This document shows, one piece after another, positions 19,324-26,721 of a stretch of 64,000 bases of DNA. The first letter of the stretch is position 1; each line of letters starts with the position of its first letter. Position numbers and translations under genes: made by a program. The stretch is from the NCBI GenBank assembly GCA_021780375.1, contig JAJXYT010000111.1, forward strand, positions 10,809 to 74,808. The letters are read 5' to 3'. The notes below the pieces were generated by a model. The model was not told the origin of the DNA, ran no database searches, and was given only the letters and a program-made list of their open reading frames with translations. Origin of the DNA: a bacterium (GTDB taxonomy: Bacteria > Verrucomicrobiota > Verrucomicrobiia > Limisphaerales > UBA11358).

Positions 19324-21480
19324 ATGAAAACAAACCGCCGACAATTTCTCCAGGCCACAGCTGCCACCTTGCTGGCCTTGGGAGTCTGGCCAGCCCAAGC
19401 CGCCCAAATCCTGGCGCCATTCCGGTTTGATCCTTCCCAGGACATCATCCCGGCTCCCGATGACCCGACCCAGTGGCCGGCCTTCCGGGATGCTTTGGCT
19501 CGTTGGCGCGATCAAATTCGAGCCGATCTGAAATATAATGATGTTCTCTACCGCCGGCCGGATTTAAAGTGGTCGGCTTCGAATTATTCCTGCGGTTTTG
19601 TCATGGTCTGGGATGAGCAGTTTTACGATTACCGGTCCGGACGTTATACGGTGGATGATTTTCTGAATGAAGGAGACCGGGAATTTGGCGGCTATGACAG
19701 CATCGTGTTGTGGCAGGCGTATCCCCGCATCGGAGTGGATGGGCGCAACCAGTTTGATTTCTATCGCGATTTGCCCGGCGGCTTGCGTGGATTGCGACGC
19801 GTTGTGCGCCGGTGTCATCACCGTGGCGTCCGGGTTTACATTGACTATAACCCGTGGGACACAGGCACACGGCGGGAACCCGAATCAGATATAGCTGCAC
19901 TGGTCGGGATGGTACGCGTGCTGGAGGCGGACGGGATTTTTCTGGACACATTGGATAAGGGTGGCGCCGATTTCCGCGCCAGGCTCGATGCCGCGCGGCC
20001 GGGCGTGATACTGGAAGGTGAAATGGCCCTGCCGGTTGAAGCTCTGGCAGATTACCTTGCCTCCTGGGCGCAATGGTTCGACGACAGTTTCGTGCCGGGC
20101 GTGCTGCGGAACAAATGGATCGAGCGGCGGCACATGCAACACCAAATCCGGCGCTGGGACCGCGATCACACAGGCGAACTCCACTCGGCCTGGATGAATG
20201 GAAGTGGAATGTTGGTCTGGGAAAATGTGTTTGGTTCCCTGGTGCCCTGGAACCAGCGCGATCGCTCAATCCTCCGCGCCATGCTGCCGATTCAACGCCG
20301 GTTCACCGGCTTGTTCAGCGGCGAGCACTGGACACCCTGGGTGCCGGTTCGGCCAAGCGGTGTGTTCGCCTCGCTATGGGAAAACCAGGACCTGCGGCTT
20401 TGGACGCTGGTCAATCGGACTGGAAAAAACATCGAAGGAATGCTGCTCCAGGTGCCAGCGGTGCCGGAACACCGTTACTTCGATCTGGTGGCCGGCAAGG
20501 AAATCCAACCCGAGGGCAGGGGTGATAACGTCCTGCTGTCCGGCGTGATGCCAGCCCGCAGCGTCGGCTGTTTTCTGTCCGGCCCGCCCGGGAAGCTCGG
20601 AGCTGGTTTTAAACCATTTTTAAGGCGGCAGGCGCGTTTGGATACCGGGAAAAATTTCCGTACCACGACCCCCGGAGCATCCACACAACTCATTCCCGTC
20701 AGGCCCAGCCGGGCTCATTGGCGTGCGCCGGCGGGTATGGTGGAAATTGCCGCCGCCAGGGTGGAATTGAACATCGAAATGCGCGTGCGGGAATGCGGTT
20801 TCTATGATTCCACGCCGCCGGGCGGAGACGTTTATAATTTTCAAACGCGGCGATTTTCCCGGAAGGTTTCCTTGCCGCGATTTGCGATGGATGAGGCGCT
20901 GGTGACCAACGCGCAGTTTGCCGGGTTTCTGGCTGCCAGCCGGTACCGGCCAGGGCATCCGGAAAATTTCCTGAAGCATTGGCCCGACGGTCGGCTGCCA
21001 TCAGGCAGGGAAGATCATCCGGTTGTTTACGTGGATCTGGAAGACGCACGGGCTTACGCGAGTTGGGCCGGCAAACGGCTCCCGACCGAGGACGAATGGC
21101 AATACGCGGCCCAGGGCCTGGACGGCCGGAAATATCCCTGGGGCGGACATTGGGAAACGGGACGATGCAATGACGGAACAACCGGTTCAACGACGCCGGT
21201 TAAAGCGTTCCCATCCGGGCGATCGCCCTTCGGTTGTTATGATATGTGCGGCAATGTCTGGGAATGGACGGAAAGCGAACGCAGCGACGGCCGAACCCGG
21301 TTCTGCATTATCCGGGGAGGCGCCTTTTTTGCTGCCAAAGGGTCGAATTGGTATGTGGATGGTGGTCCGCGTCCGGCCAACTTCGCCACGAAGCTCATCT
21401 TGATGTGGCCGGGGCTGGATCGGTGCAGCACGATTGGATTTCGTTGCGCTGCTGACCTGGCCGCCTCTGCCCGCTCGTAA
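19324..21480 (+). CDS. Tat-exported fusion: glycosidase-like TIM-barrel-like N-region plus C-terminal FGE/SUMF1-type domain
   Basis: Tat signal NRRQFLQATAATLLALGVWPAQA. The C-terminus VTNAQFAGFL...HPVVYVDLEDARAYASWAGKRLPTEDEWQYAAQG...YPWG...GCYDMCGNVWEWTES...RGGAFF matches the FGE-sulfatase domain pattern. Confidence 0.75.
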   Translation: MKTNRRQFLQATAATLLALGVWPAQAAQILAPFRFDPSQDIIPAPDDPTQWPAFRDALARWRDQIRADLKYNDVLYRRPDLKWSASNYSCGFVMVWDEQFYDYRSGRYTVDDFLNEGDREFGGYDSIVLWQAYPRIGVDGRNQFDFYRDLPGGLRGLRRVVRRCHHRGVRVYIDYNPWDTGTRREPESDIAALVGMVRVLEADGIFLDTLDKGGADFRARLDAARPGVILEGEMALPVEALADYLASWAQWFDDSFVPGVLRNKWIERRHMQHQIRRWDRDHTGELHSAWMNGSGMLVWENVFGSLVPWNQRDRSILRAMLPIQRRFTGLFSGEHWTPWVPVRPSGVFASLWENQDLRLWTLVNRTGKNIEGMLLQVPAVPEHRYFDLVAGKEIQPEGRGDNVLLSGVMPARSVGCFLSGPPGKLGAGFKPFLRRQARLDTGKNFRTTTPGASTQLIPVRPSRAHWRAPAGMVEIAAARVELNIEMRVRECGFYDSTPPGGDVYNFQTRRFSRKVSLPRFAMDEALVTNAQFAGFLAASRYRPGHPENFLKHWPDGRLPSGREDHPVVYVDLEDARAYASWAGKRLPTEDEWQYAAQGLDGRKYPWGGHWETGRCNDGTTGSTTPVKAFPSGRSPFGCYDMCGNVWEWTESERSDGRTRFCIIRGGAFFAAKGSNWYVDGGPRPANFATKLILMWPGLDRCSTIGFRCAADLAASARS

Positions 21481-21528
21481 CCGCAGGCGCAACCCCGGCG
21501 GTCGCGGAGCGGTCACCGATTTTAACGG

Positions 21529-21594
21529 CATCGCAAAATCTCAACAGAAAAACGCGATTCCTCAATGACAACCGCCTTCTTTTCGGCAGAGAAT
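21529..21594 (+). promoter_or_regulatory. promoter module copy 5 (-35 ATGACA, 18 nt, -10 GAGAAT)
   Basis: CATCGCAAAATCTCAACAGAAAAACGCGATTCCTCAATGACA. The -10 overlaps the ORF-track start at 21593, so the real start must be downstream. Confidence 0.65.
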
Positions 21595-21622
21595 GACAGA
21601 AATACCGTTACCACAGGTAACT

Positions 21623-22720
21623 ATGAAATCGTCATTGCTCTTGCGTTTGGTTTGTTTTTCCTTAATTACCACCGCATCGGTGGTCCGCGCGGCAGACCCT
21701 CCGGATACCCCGGGCGGCCTGCTGGCGAATCTTTGTCGCACTTCCAAAGCTTTGTCCCGCTCCATCAGTCCGGAGAATTTCACCGGTGAAAAAGGCAAGG
21801 GCGGAATGGCCACCCAGGGCACCGGACAACAAGCGGCTCGTGAGCTGGGTCAGGGCTGGAAAGTCTCGCCCTCGGTCGTCATCAAGGCCGGAACGACCTT
21901 CATGCTGGCCGATATCCAGGGGCCGGGTTGCATCAATCACATTTGGATGACGCCCACCGGCAACTGGCGCCATTCCATTCTCCGCTTCTTCTGGGATGGT
22001 CAAACCAACGCGTCCGTCGAATCTCCGGTGGGCGACTTCTTCGCCTGCGGTTGGGGAAAATACTGTCAGATCAGCTCGCTGGCGGTTTGCGTTAATCCGG
22101 GGAGTGCGTTCAACTGCTACTGGCCCATGCCGTTCCGCCGGGAGGCGCGGATCACGATGGAGAACACCGACGACAAGGACATGTTGCTTTATTACCAGAT
22201 AGACTACACCCTGGCGAAAGTGCCCAAGGACGCCGGCTATTTCCACGCGCGTTTTCGCTCGGAAACGCCGCTCCAGACCAAGGGCCTTTATACCATCCTC
22301 GACGGTGTTCAGGGCCATGGTCAATACGTGGGCACGTATCTGGCGATTAAAGTGCATGACTCCGGCTGGTGGGGCGAAGGCGAGATCAAGTTTTACCTGG
22401 ATGGCGACACGAAGTTCCCAACCATTTGCGGCACCGGCACGGAAGATTACTTTTGCGGTTCCTACGATTTCGAGAGCCAGGAGACCCACAAATATGTGAC
22501 CTTTTCCACGTCCTACACAGGCCTGGCCCAGGTGATTCCGCCGGATGAAATTTACCAGCCGGAACAATGCTTCGGACTTTACCGCTGGCATATCACCGAC
22601 CCGATCCGCTTTCAAAAGGACCTCAAGGTGACGATTCAGGCTCTGGGATGGAAATCGGGGGTGGGTTATGAGCGTTTAGACCCCGACATCGCGTCGGTCG
22701 CGTATTGGTATCAAAATTGA
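21623..22720 (+). CDS. DUF2961 / GH172 family glycoside hydrolase
   Basis: Starts at MKSSLLLRLVCFSLITTASVVRA (signal peptide). Motifs DFFACGWG, NCYWPMPF, LLYYQIDY and CGTGTEDYFCGSYDF. Confidence 0.85.
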   Translation: MKSSLLLRLVCFSLITTASVVRAADPPDTPGGLLANLCRTSKALSRSISPENFTGEKGKGGMATQGTGQQAARELGQGWKVSPSVVIKAGTTFMLADIQGPGCINHIWMTPTGNWRHSILRFFWDGQTNASVESPVGDFFACGWGKYCQISSLAVCVNPGSAFNCYWPMPFRREARITMENTDDKDMLLYYQIDYTLAKVPKDAGYFHARFRSETPLQTKGLYTILDGVQGHGQYVGTYLAIKVHDSGWWGEGEIKFYLDGDTKFPTICGTGTEDYFCGSYDFESQETHKYVTFSTSYTGLAQVIPPDEIYQPEQCFGLYRWHITDPIRFQKDLKVTIQALGWKSGVGYERLDPDIASVAYWYQN

Positions 22721-22796
22721 CAACCGGTTATTTGAAAAATGCATTGCGGTTTGATTCCGTACAGGAATCAGACTGAAATTTCGTTCCCAAGGCTCA

Positions 22797-24428
22797 ATGA
22801 AATCTCCGCCAACCTTGAAACCCAGGCAGACTTACCTCGTCGCCAGCGGCGATTTGCGCCTCTCGGCCAACCAACAGTGCTGGCCCGAACAGGCGAAGAT
22901 GGAGGCGGCACTCGCGCGCGCCTTGAAGGCTGAAGGCTGGACCGTCGTCCGGGCTCACCCCTGCGATAAAGAGAAACAGCATGGGTTTATTGATTCGCAG
23001 AAGATGGGGATCGAGGTCTTTCGCCGCATGGACCCGGCCGCGCCCGTGATCGTGGCCGAATCGGTGTGGCAATACAGCCACCATGTCCTCGCCGGGCTCT
23101 GGACCCATGGCGGGCCGGTGCTGACGGTGGCCAACTGGAGCGGCACCTGGCCCGGCCTGGTCGGCATGCTGAACCTGAACGGCTCGCTCACCAAGGCCGG
23201 TATCCGCTACAGCACCCTCTGGAGCGAGAACTTCACCGATGCTTTCTTCCGCCATGGCCTTCGCCAGTGGCTCGCCGAAGGCGTGGTGACTCACGACCAA
23301 AGCCACGTCCGGGATTTGCGCCTGCTTAAACTGCCGATGGAGGAGGAACGCCTCGGCAAACGCCTCGCCCGCCAGTTCCAGCAGCACAAATGGATCCTGG
23401 GCGCTTTTGACGAGGGTTGCATGGGCATGTTCAATGCCATCCTCCCCGATGATTTGCTCTCCTCGACGGGTGTGTTCAAAGAGCGGCTCAGCCAGTCCAC
23501 TCTCTATGCCGCGATGCAGCAGGTGAGTGACGAAGAAGCCTTGGAAGTTCTCGATTGGTTGTTGAAGAAAGGCATGAAATTTGAATGGGGAACCTGCGAG
23601 GAGACAGACCTGACTCGGGCCCAAACCCTCCAGCAATGTAAGATGTACATCGCGGCGGTCCGTCTCGCCGCGGAATTCGGCTGTGCCGCCATTGGCATTC
23701 AGTACCAGCAAGGACTCAAAGACCTTGCGCCAGCCAGCGATCTTGCCGAAGGATTGCTCAACAACACCGATCGCCCGCCGGTGAAATGTCCCGACTCCGG
23801 CCGTGTTTTGTTTTCGGGCGAGGCGGTGCCGCATTTTAACGAGGTGGATGAATGCGCCGGACTCGACGGCCTGGTGACCTACCGGCTTTGGCGTGAACTG
23901 GGGTTTGCTCCGGAGAACACGCTGCATGACTTGCGCTGGGGCCAGCCTTACCCAATGAACGGCACAGCTGCTTATGTCTGGGTTCTGCTCATTTCGGGTG
24001 CGGTTCCCCCCGCACACTTGATTGGCGGATTCCGGGGCGCCACCAGCCAACGCCAGCCGCCAATGTATTTCCGCCTCGGCGGCGGCACCATTAAAGGCAT
24101 CTCGAAGCCGGGGCATGGCGTCTGGAGCCGTATCTTCGTCATGGACGGCAAACTCCACTGCGACCTCGGGGTGTTGGAAGTCGTCAGGCTCCCCGAAGAG
24201 GAAACCCGGCGCCGCTGGCGCGAAACCACGCCGCAGTGGCCCATCGCCCACGCTGTTTTTGATGGGATCCGCCGTGACCAGATGATGGCGCGGCACAAGG
24301 CGAACCACATACAAATCGTTTACGCCCCCAACCGGAAACAGGCGAGCCGGGCCTGTCGCATCAAAGCTTCCATGCTGGCTGCGCTGGGCATCGAAGTCCA
24401 CCTGTGCGGAAAAGTGGATATCACTTAA
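22797..24428 (+). CDS. L-fucose isomerase-like sugar isomerase (FucI/AraA superfamily)
   Basis: Length and blocks resemble FucI: WQYSHHVL..THGGPVLTVANWSGTWPGLVGMLNLNG vs FucI WCYGSET...IWGFNGTERPGAVYL, and C-terminal WPIAHAVF...ANHIQIVY...AAMLAALGIEVH. Judged from memory of FucI only. Confidence 0.6.
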   Translation: MKSPPTLKPRQTYLVASGDLRLSANQQCWPEQAKMEAALARALKAEGWTVVRAHPCDKEKQHGFIDSQKMGIEVFRRMDPAAPVIVAESVWQYSHHVLAGLWTHGGPVLTVANWSGTWPGLVGMLNLNGSLTKAGIRYSTLWSENFTDAFFRHGLRQWLAEGVVTHDQSHVRDLRLLKLPMEEERLGKRLARQFQQHKWILGAFDEGCMGMFNAILPDDLLSSTGVFKERLSQSTLYAAMQQVSDEEALEVLDWLLKKGMKFEWGTCEETDLTRAQTLQQCKMYIAAVRLAAEFGCAAIGIQYQQGLKDLAPASDLAEGLLNNTDRPPVKCPDSGRVLFSGEAVPHFNEVDECAGLDGLVTYRLWRELGFAPENTLHDLRWGQPYPMNGTAAYVWVLLISGAVPPAHLIGGFRGATSQRQPPMYFRLGGGTIKGISKPGHGVWSRIFVMDGKLHCDLGVLEVVRLPEEETRRRWRETTPQWPIAHAVFDGIRRDQMMARHKANHIQIVYAPNRKQASRACRIKASMLAALGIEVHLCGKVDIT

Positions 24429-24565
24429 TGGCCGACAATTTTTGATCCGACGACCGGCCCGGACATCAAAACCGGGACGACCGCTTTCAGTGGAACATGG
24501 CGCGCTTTAATTTTAAGGCGGCGGCTCCCGGTCGCGAGACCGCCCATCGACAGGCAAGGGTATGG

Positions 24566-25795
24566 TCAATCGCCAGATGTTTCTTCCGGCAGCGTGAAGA
24601 AAAACACCGCGCCTTTGCCCGGCTCGCTTCTGGCCCAGACCTGGCCTTCATGATTTTGAACGATGTGCTTTACAATCGAAAGCCCCAGACCGGTACCGCC
24701 TTGTTCGCGTGAGCGCGCCTTGTCCACGCGGTAAAATCGTTCGAACACGCGGTCGAGTGACTCGGTCGGAATACCCGGCCCGTCGTCCTGCACAAAAGCC
24801 TCAATTTTACCGGCGTCGGTTTTTCGCCCACCCACGGTCACGGTGCCCTGGGTGCGGCCGTATTTAATGGCGTTGTCCACGAGGTTGGCGAACACCTGCT
24901 CGAGGCGGTGCGCGTCCGCCAGGGCGGTCAAGTCGCTCAATTGATTGACCAGTTTCACCTCTTTCTCCTCGGCCCGCGTTTTTAAATCCGTAAAAACCTT
25001 TTCCACCAGCGGACGCAATTCCACCGGTTGCAGGTTCAGTTTGACCTGGCCTGATTCCAATGCGGAGATCGTGAGCAAATCCTGAATCAGCAAATCGAGC
25101 CGTTGCGTGTTCCGCTCGATAATTTTGAGAAAACGCTCCGCGACTTCGGGATTGTTGCGCGCGCCGTCCAGCAGCGTTTCGACGTAGCCTTTGATGAGCG
25201 ACAGCGGCGTGCGCAACTCATGGCTGACGTTGGCTACGAATTCCTCGCGGGTGCGCTCCAGTTGCTTGATCCGGGTCAGGTCGTGAAAAACGAGGATGGT
25301 GCCTTCACGTTCGCCGGCGGAATTGGAAATGGCGGCGGCGTTGACCTGCAGCCAGCGCTCGCTCAATTCCGGCAGCTTCAATTCGTAGTCGAAAACCTGG
25401 CCGTCGCGCTCGACCCGTTCGACGAGGGCGGCCAGATCATGCACGCGCAACGCTTCCATGATGGTTTTGCCGCGCAGCTCGGTTTTCAGGCCGAACAAAT
25501 TTTTGAAAGCGCGGTTGGCGAGATAAATCCGGCGGTGGCGATCGAGTAACAGCAGTCCTTCCAACATGCTGTTAAACAGGACCTGTTGTTGCGCCCTGGC
25601 GTCCACGGCGGTCTGCTGCTCCCGCCGCTGAAAATCCTCCATGTCGGCCTGCAATTGTCGCTGCTGGCGCCGGAATTTCTGCCGCCACCCGAAATGGATG
25701 CCCGCGGCAACGGCAACGGCCAGGATGGTCAGGAGCGGCCACATGCCCTGGTGATAATTAAAAACACCGAACAGCCAACGCCGAACATCCAACAT
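24566..25795 (-). CDS. PAS-domain sensor histidine kinase (PhoR-like)
   Basis: One N-terminal TM segment, a PAS-like region, the HisKA H-box FVANVSHELRTPL, and HATPase_c blocks (NLVDNAIKYG, DDGPGIP, GGTGLGLSIVK). Confidence 0.9.
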   Translation of the reverse strand: MLDVRRWLFGVFNYHQGMWPLLTILAVAVAAGIHFGWRQKFRRQQRQLQADMEDFQRREQQTAVDARAQQQVLFNSMLEGLLLLDRHRRIYLANRAFKNLFGLKTELRGKTIMEALRVHDLAALVERVERDGQVFDYELKLPELSERWLQVNAAAISNSAGEREGTILVFHDLTRIKQLERTREEFVANVSHELRTPLSLIKGYVETLLDGARNNPEVAERFLKIIERNTQRLDLLIQDLLTISALESGQVKLNLQPVELRPLVEKVFTDLKTRAEEKEVKLVNQLSDLTALADAHRLEQVFANLVDNAIKYGRTQGTVTVGGRKTDAGKIEAFVQDDGPGIPTESLDRVFERFYRVDKARSREQGGTGLGLSIVKHIVQNHEGQVWARSEPGKGAVFFFTLPEETSGD

Positions 25796-25843
25796 CGAAT
25801 GGTCAACCGCCGCAAATCATTCGGCGTTCGATGTTGGATGTTC
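25783..25843. other. 17-bp perfect inverted repeat spanning the kinase start codon (intercistronic hairpin)
   Basis: GAACATCCAACATCGAA (25783-25799) pairs with TTCGATGTTGGATGTTC (25827-25843), with a 27-nt loop. The kinase ATG (complement of 25793-25795) lies inside the left arm. Confidence 0.7.
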
Positions 25844-25868
25844 AGAGTTCGATGTTCCCGACCTTCAT

Positions 25869-26636
25869 TCACTCCACAAACCGATACCCGACCCCGCGTA
25901 CGGTGTCCAGATGCTTTGCGGCCGGGCCGAGCTTTTCGCGCAGACGACGCATGTGGGTGTCCACCGTCCGCGTGTCAATGAGGCTGTCGTATTCCCACAC
26001 ATCACGCAGCAGATGGTCGCGCGATTGCACCCGCCCGGCGCGCTGGGCGAGCACGACCAGGAGTTTGAATTCAGTGGCCGTCAGCTCGATGGCTTTGCCC
26101 TTCCAACTGGCCACGTGCCGCGGCAGGTCAATCAGCAAATCGCCAAAACGCATCTGGTCGCTCGGCTTTTCGCCGTTCTGCCCGCGCGACAGAATTTTTT
26201 TGATGCGCAGCAGCAGTTCGCGCGGGCTGAACGGCTTGGTCAGGTAATCGTCGGCGCCCAGTTCGAGGCCGAGCACGCGGTCAATTTCCGCCGCCTTGGC
26301 CGTCAGCAGGATGACCGGCACGCGCGCCGTGACCGGTTCCAGCCGCAGCGTTTTGCAAATCTCGAAGCCGTCCATTTCCGGGAGCATCACGTCGAGCACG
26401 ATGAGGTCCGGCGGTTGTGCGCGCGCCTTTTTCAGCGCCTCCGCGCCGTCCGCGGCCGTGCTGACCGCATATCCAGCCTGTTTGAGGTTGAATTCCACAA
26501 GCTCGACGGCTTCCGGTTCGTCGTCCACCACTAGTATCTTAGGCTTCACCTTTGCTTTCACATCATGCCTTAAATCGCCGCCGCCGCACAATTTCAAACC
26601 GGTGACAACCGTGTGACGATTCGGTGACAATTTCAT
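25869..26636 (-). CDS. OmpR/PhoB-family response regulator
   Basis: Receiver KILVVDDEPEAVELV...DLIVLDVMLPEMDG plus a winged-helix output (LTATEFKLLVVLA...RTVDTHMRRLREKL...VRGVGYRF). The true start may be an internal GTG about 30 codons downstream. Confidence 0.9.
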   Translation of the reverse strand: MKLSPNRHTVVTGLKLCGGGDLRHDVKAKVKPKILVVDDEPEAVELVEFNLKQAGYAVSTAADGAEALKKARAQPPDLIVLDVMLPEMDGFEICKTLRLEPVTARVPVILLTAKAAEIDRVLGLELGADDYLTKPFSPRELLLRIKKILSRGQNGEKPSDQMRFGDLLIDLPRHVASWKGKAIELTATEFKLLVVLAQRAGRVQSRDHLLRDVWEYDSLIDTRTVDTHMRRLREKLGPAAKHLDTVRGVGYRFVE

Positions 26637-26712
26637 TTATGATTGTTGATTGATGATTTATGATTTGCTGTGCGCGCACTTGAAAAAATCATCAATCGTA
26701 AATCATAAATAG
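26637..26712. repeat. AT-rich imperfect palindrome in the divergent regulator/nnr intergenic region
   Basis: TTTATGATTGTTGATTGATGATTT ... AAAATCATCAATCGTAAATCATAAA. About 21 of 25 positions pair, around a GC-rich loop. Confidence 0.6.
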
Positions 26713-26721
26713 ATAAATGCC

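Noticed and set aside
22770-22800. GGCTCAATGAAA upstream of and overlapping the isomerase start, as a sixth copy of the promoter module
   Set aside because: Only the CTCAATGA core matches. The upstream ACGYGAA and A-rich parts are missing. The ATG within it is the start codon itself, only 76 nt after the preceding gene, so it is more likely chance similarity.
22794-24401. 535-aa minus-strand ORF, and similar long antisense ORFs (17455..18930-, 10285..11262-, 21662..22615-, 28883..30622+, 40344..42053+, 36592..37410+, 34907..35944+, 57199..57885+, 44212..45201+)
   Set aside because: Each lies opposite a gene with clear family signatures. Their translations are low-complexity Arg/Gly/Ala/His-rich, as expected for stop-poor antisense frames in high-GC DNA.
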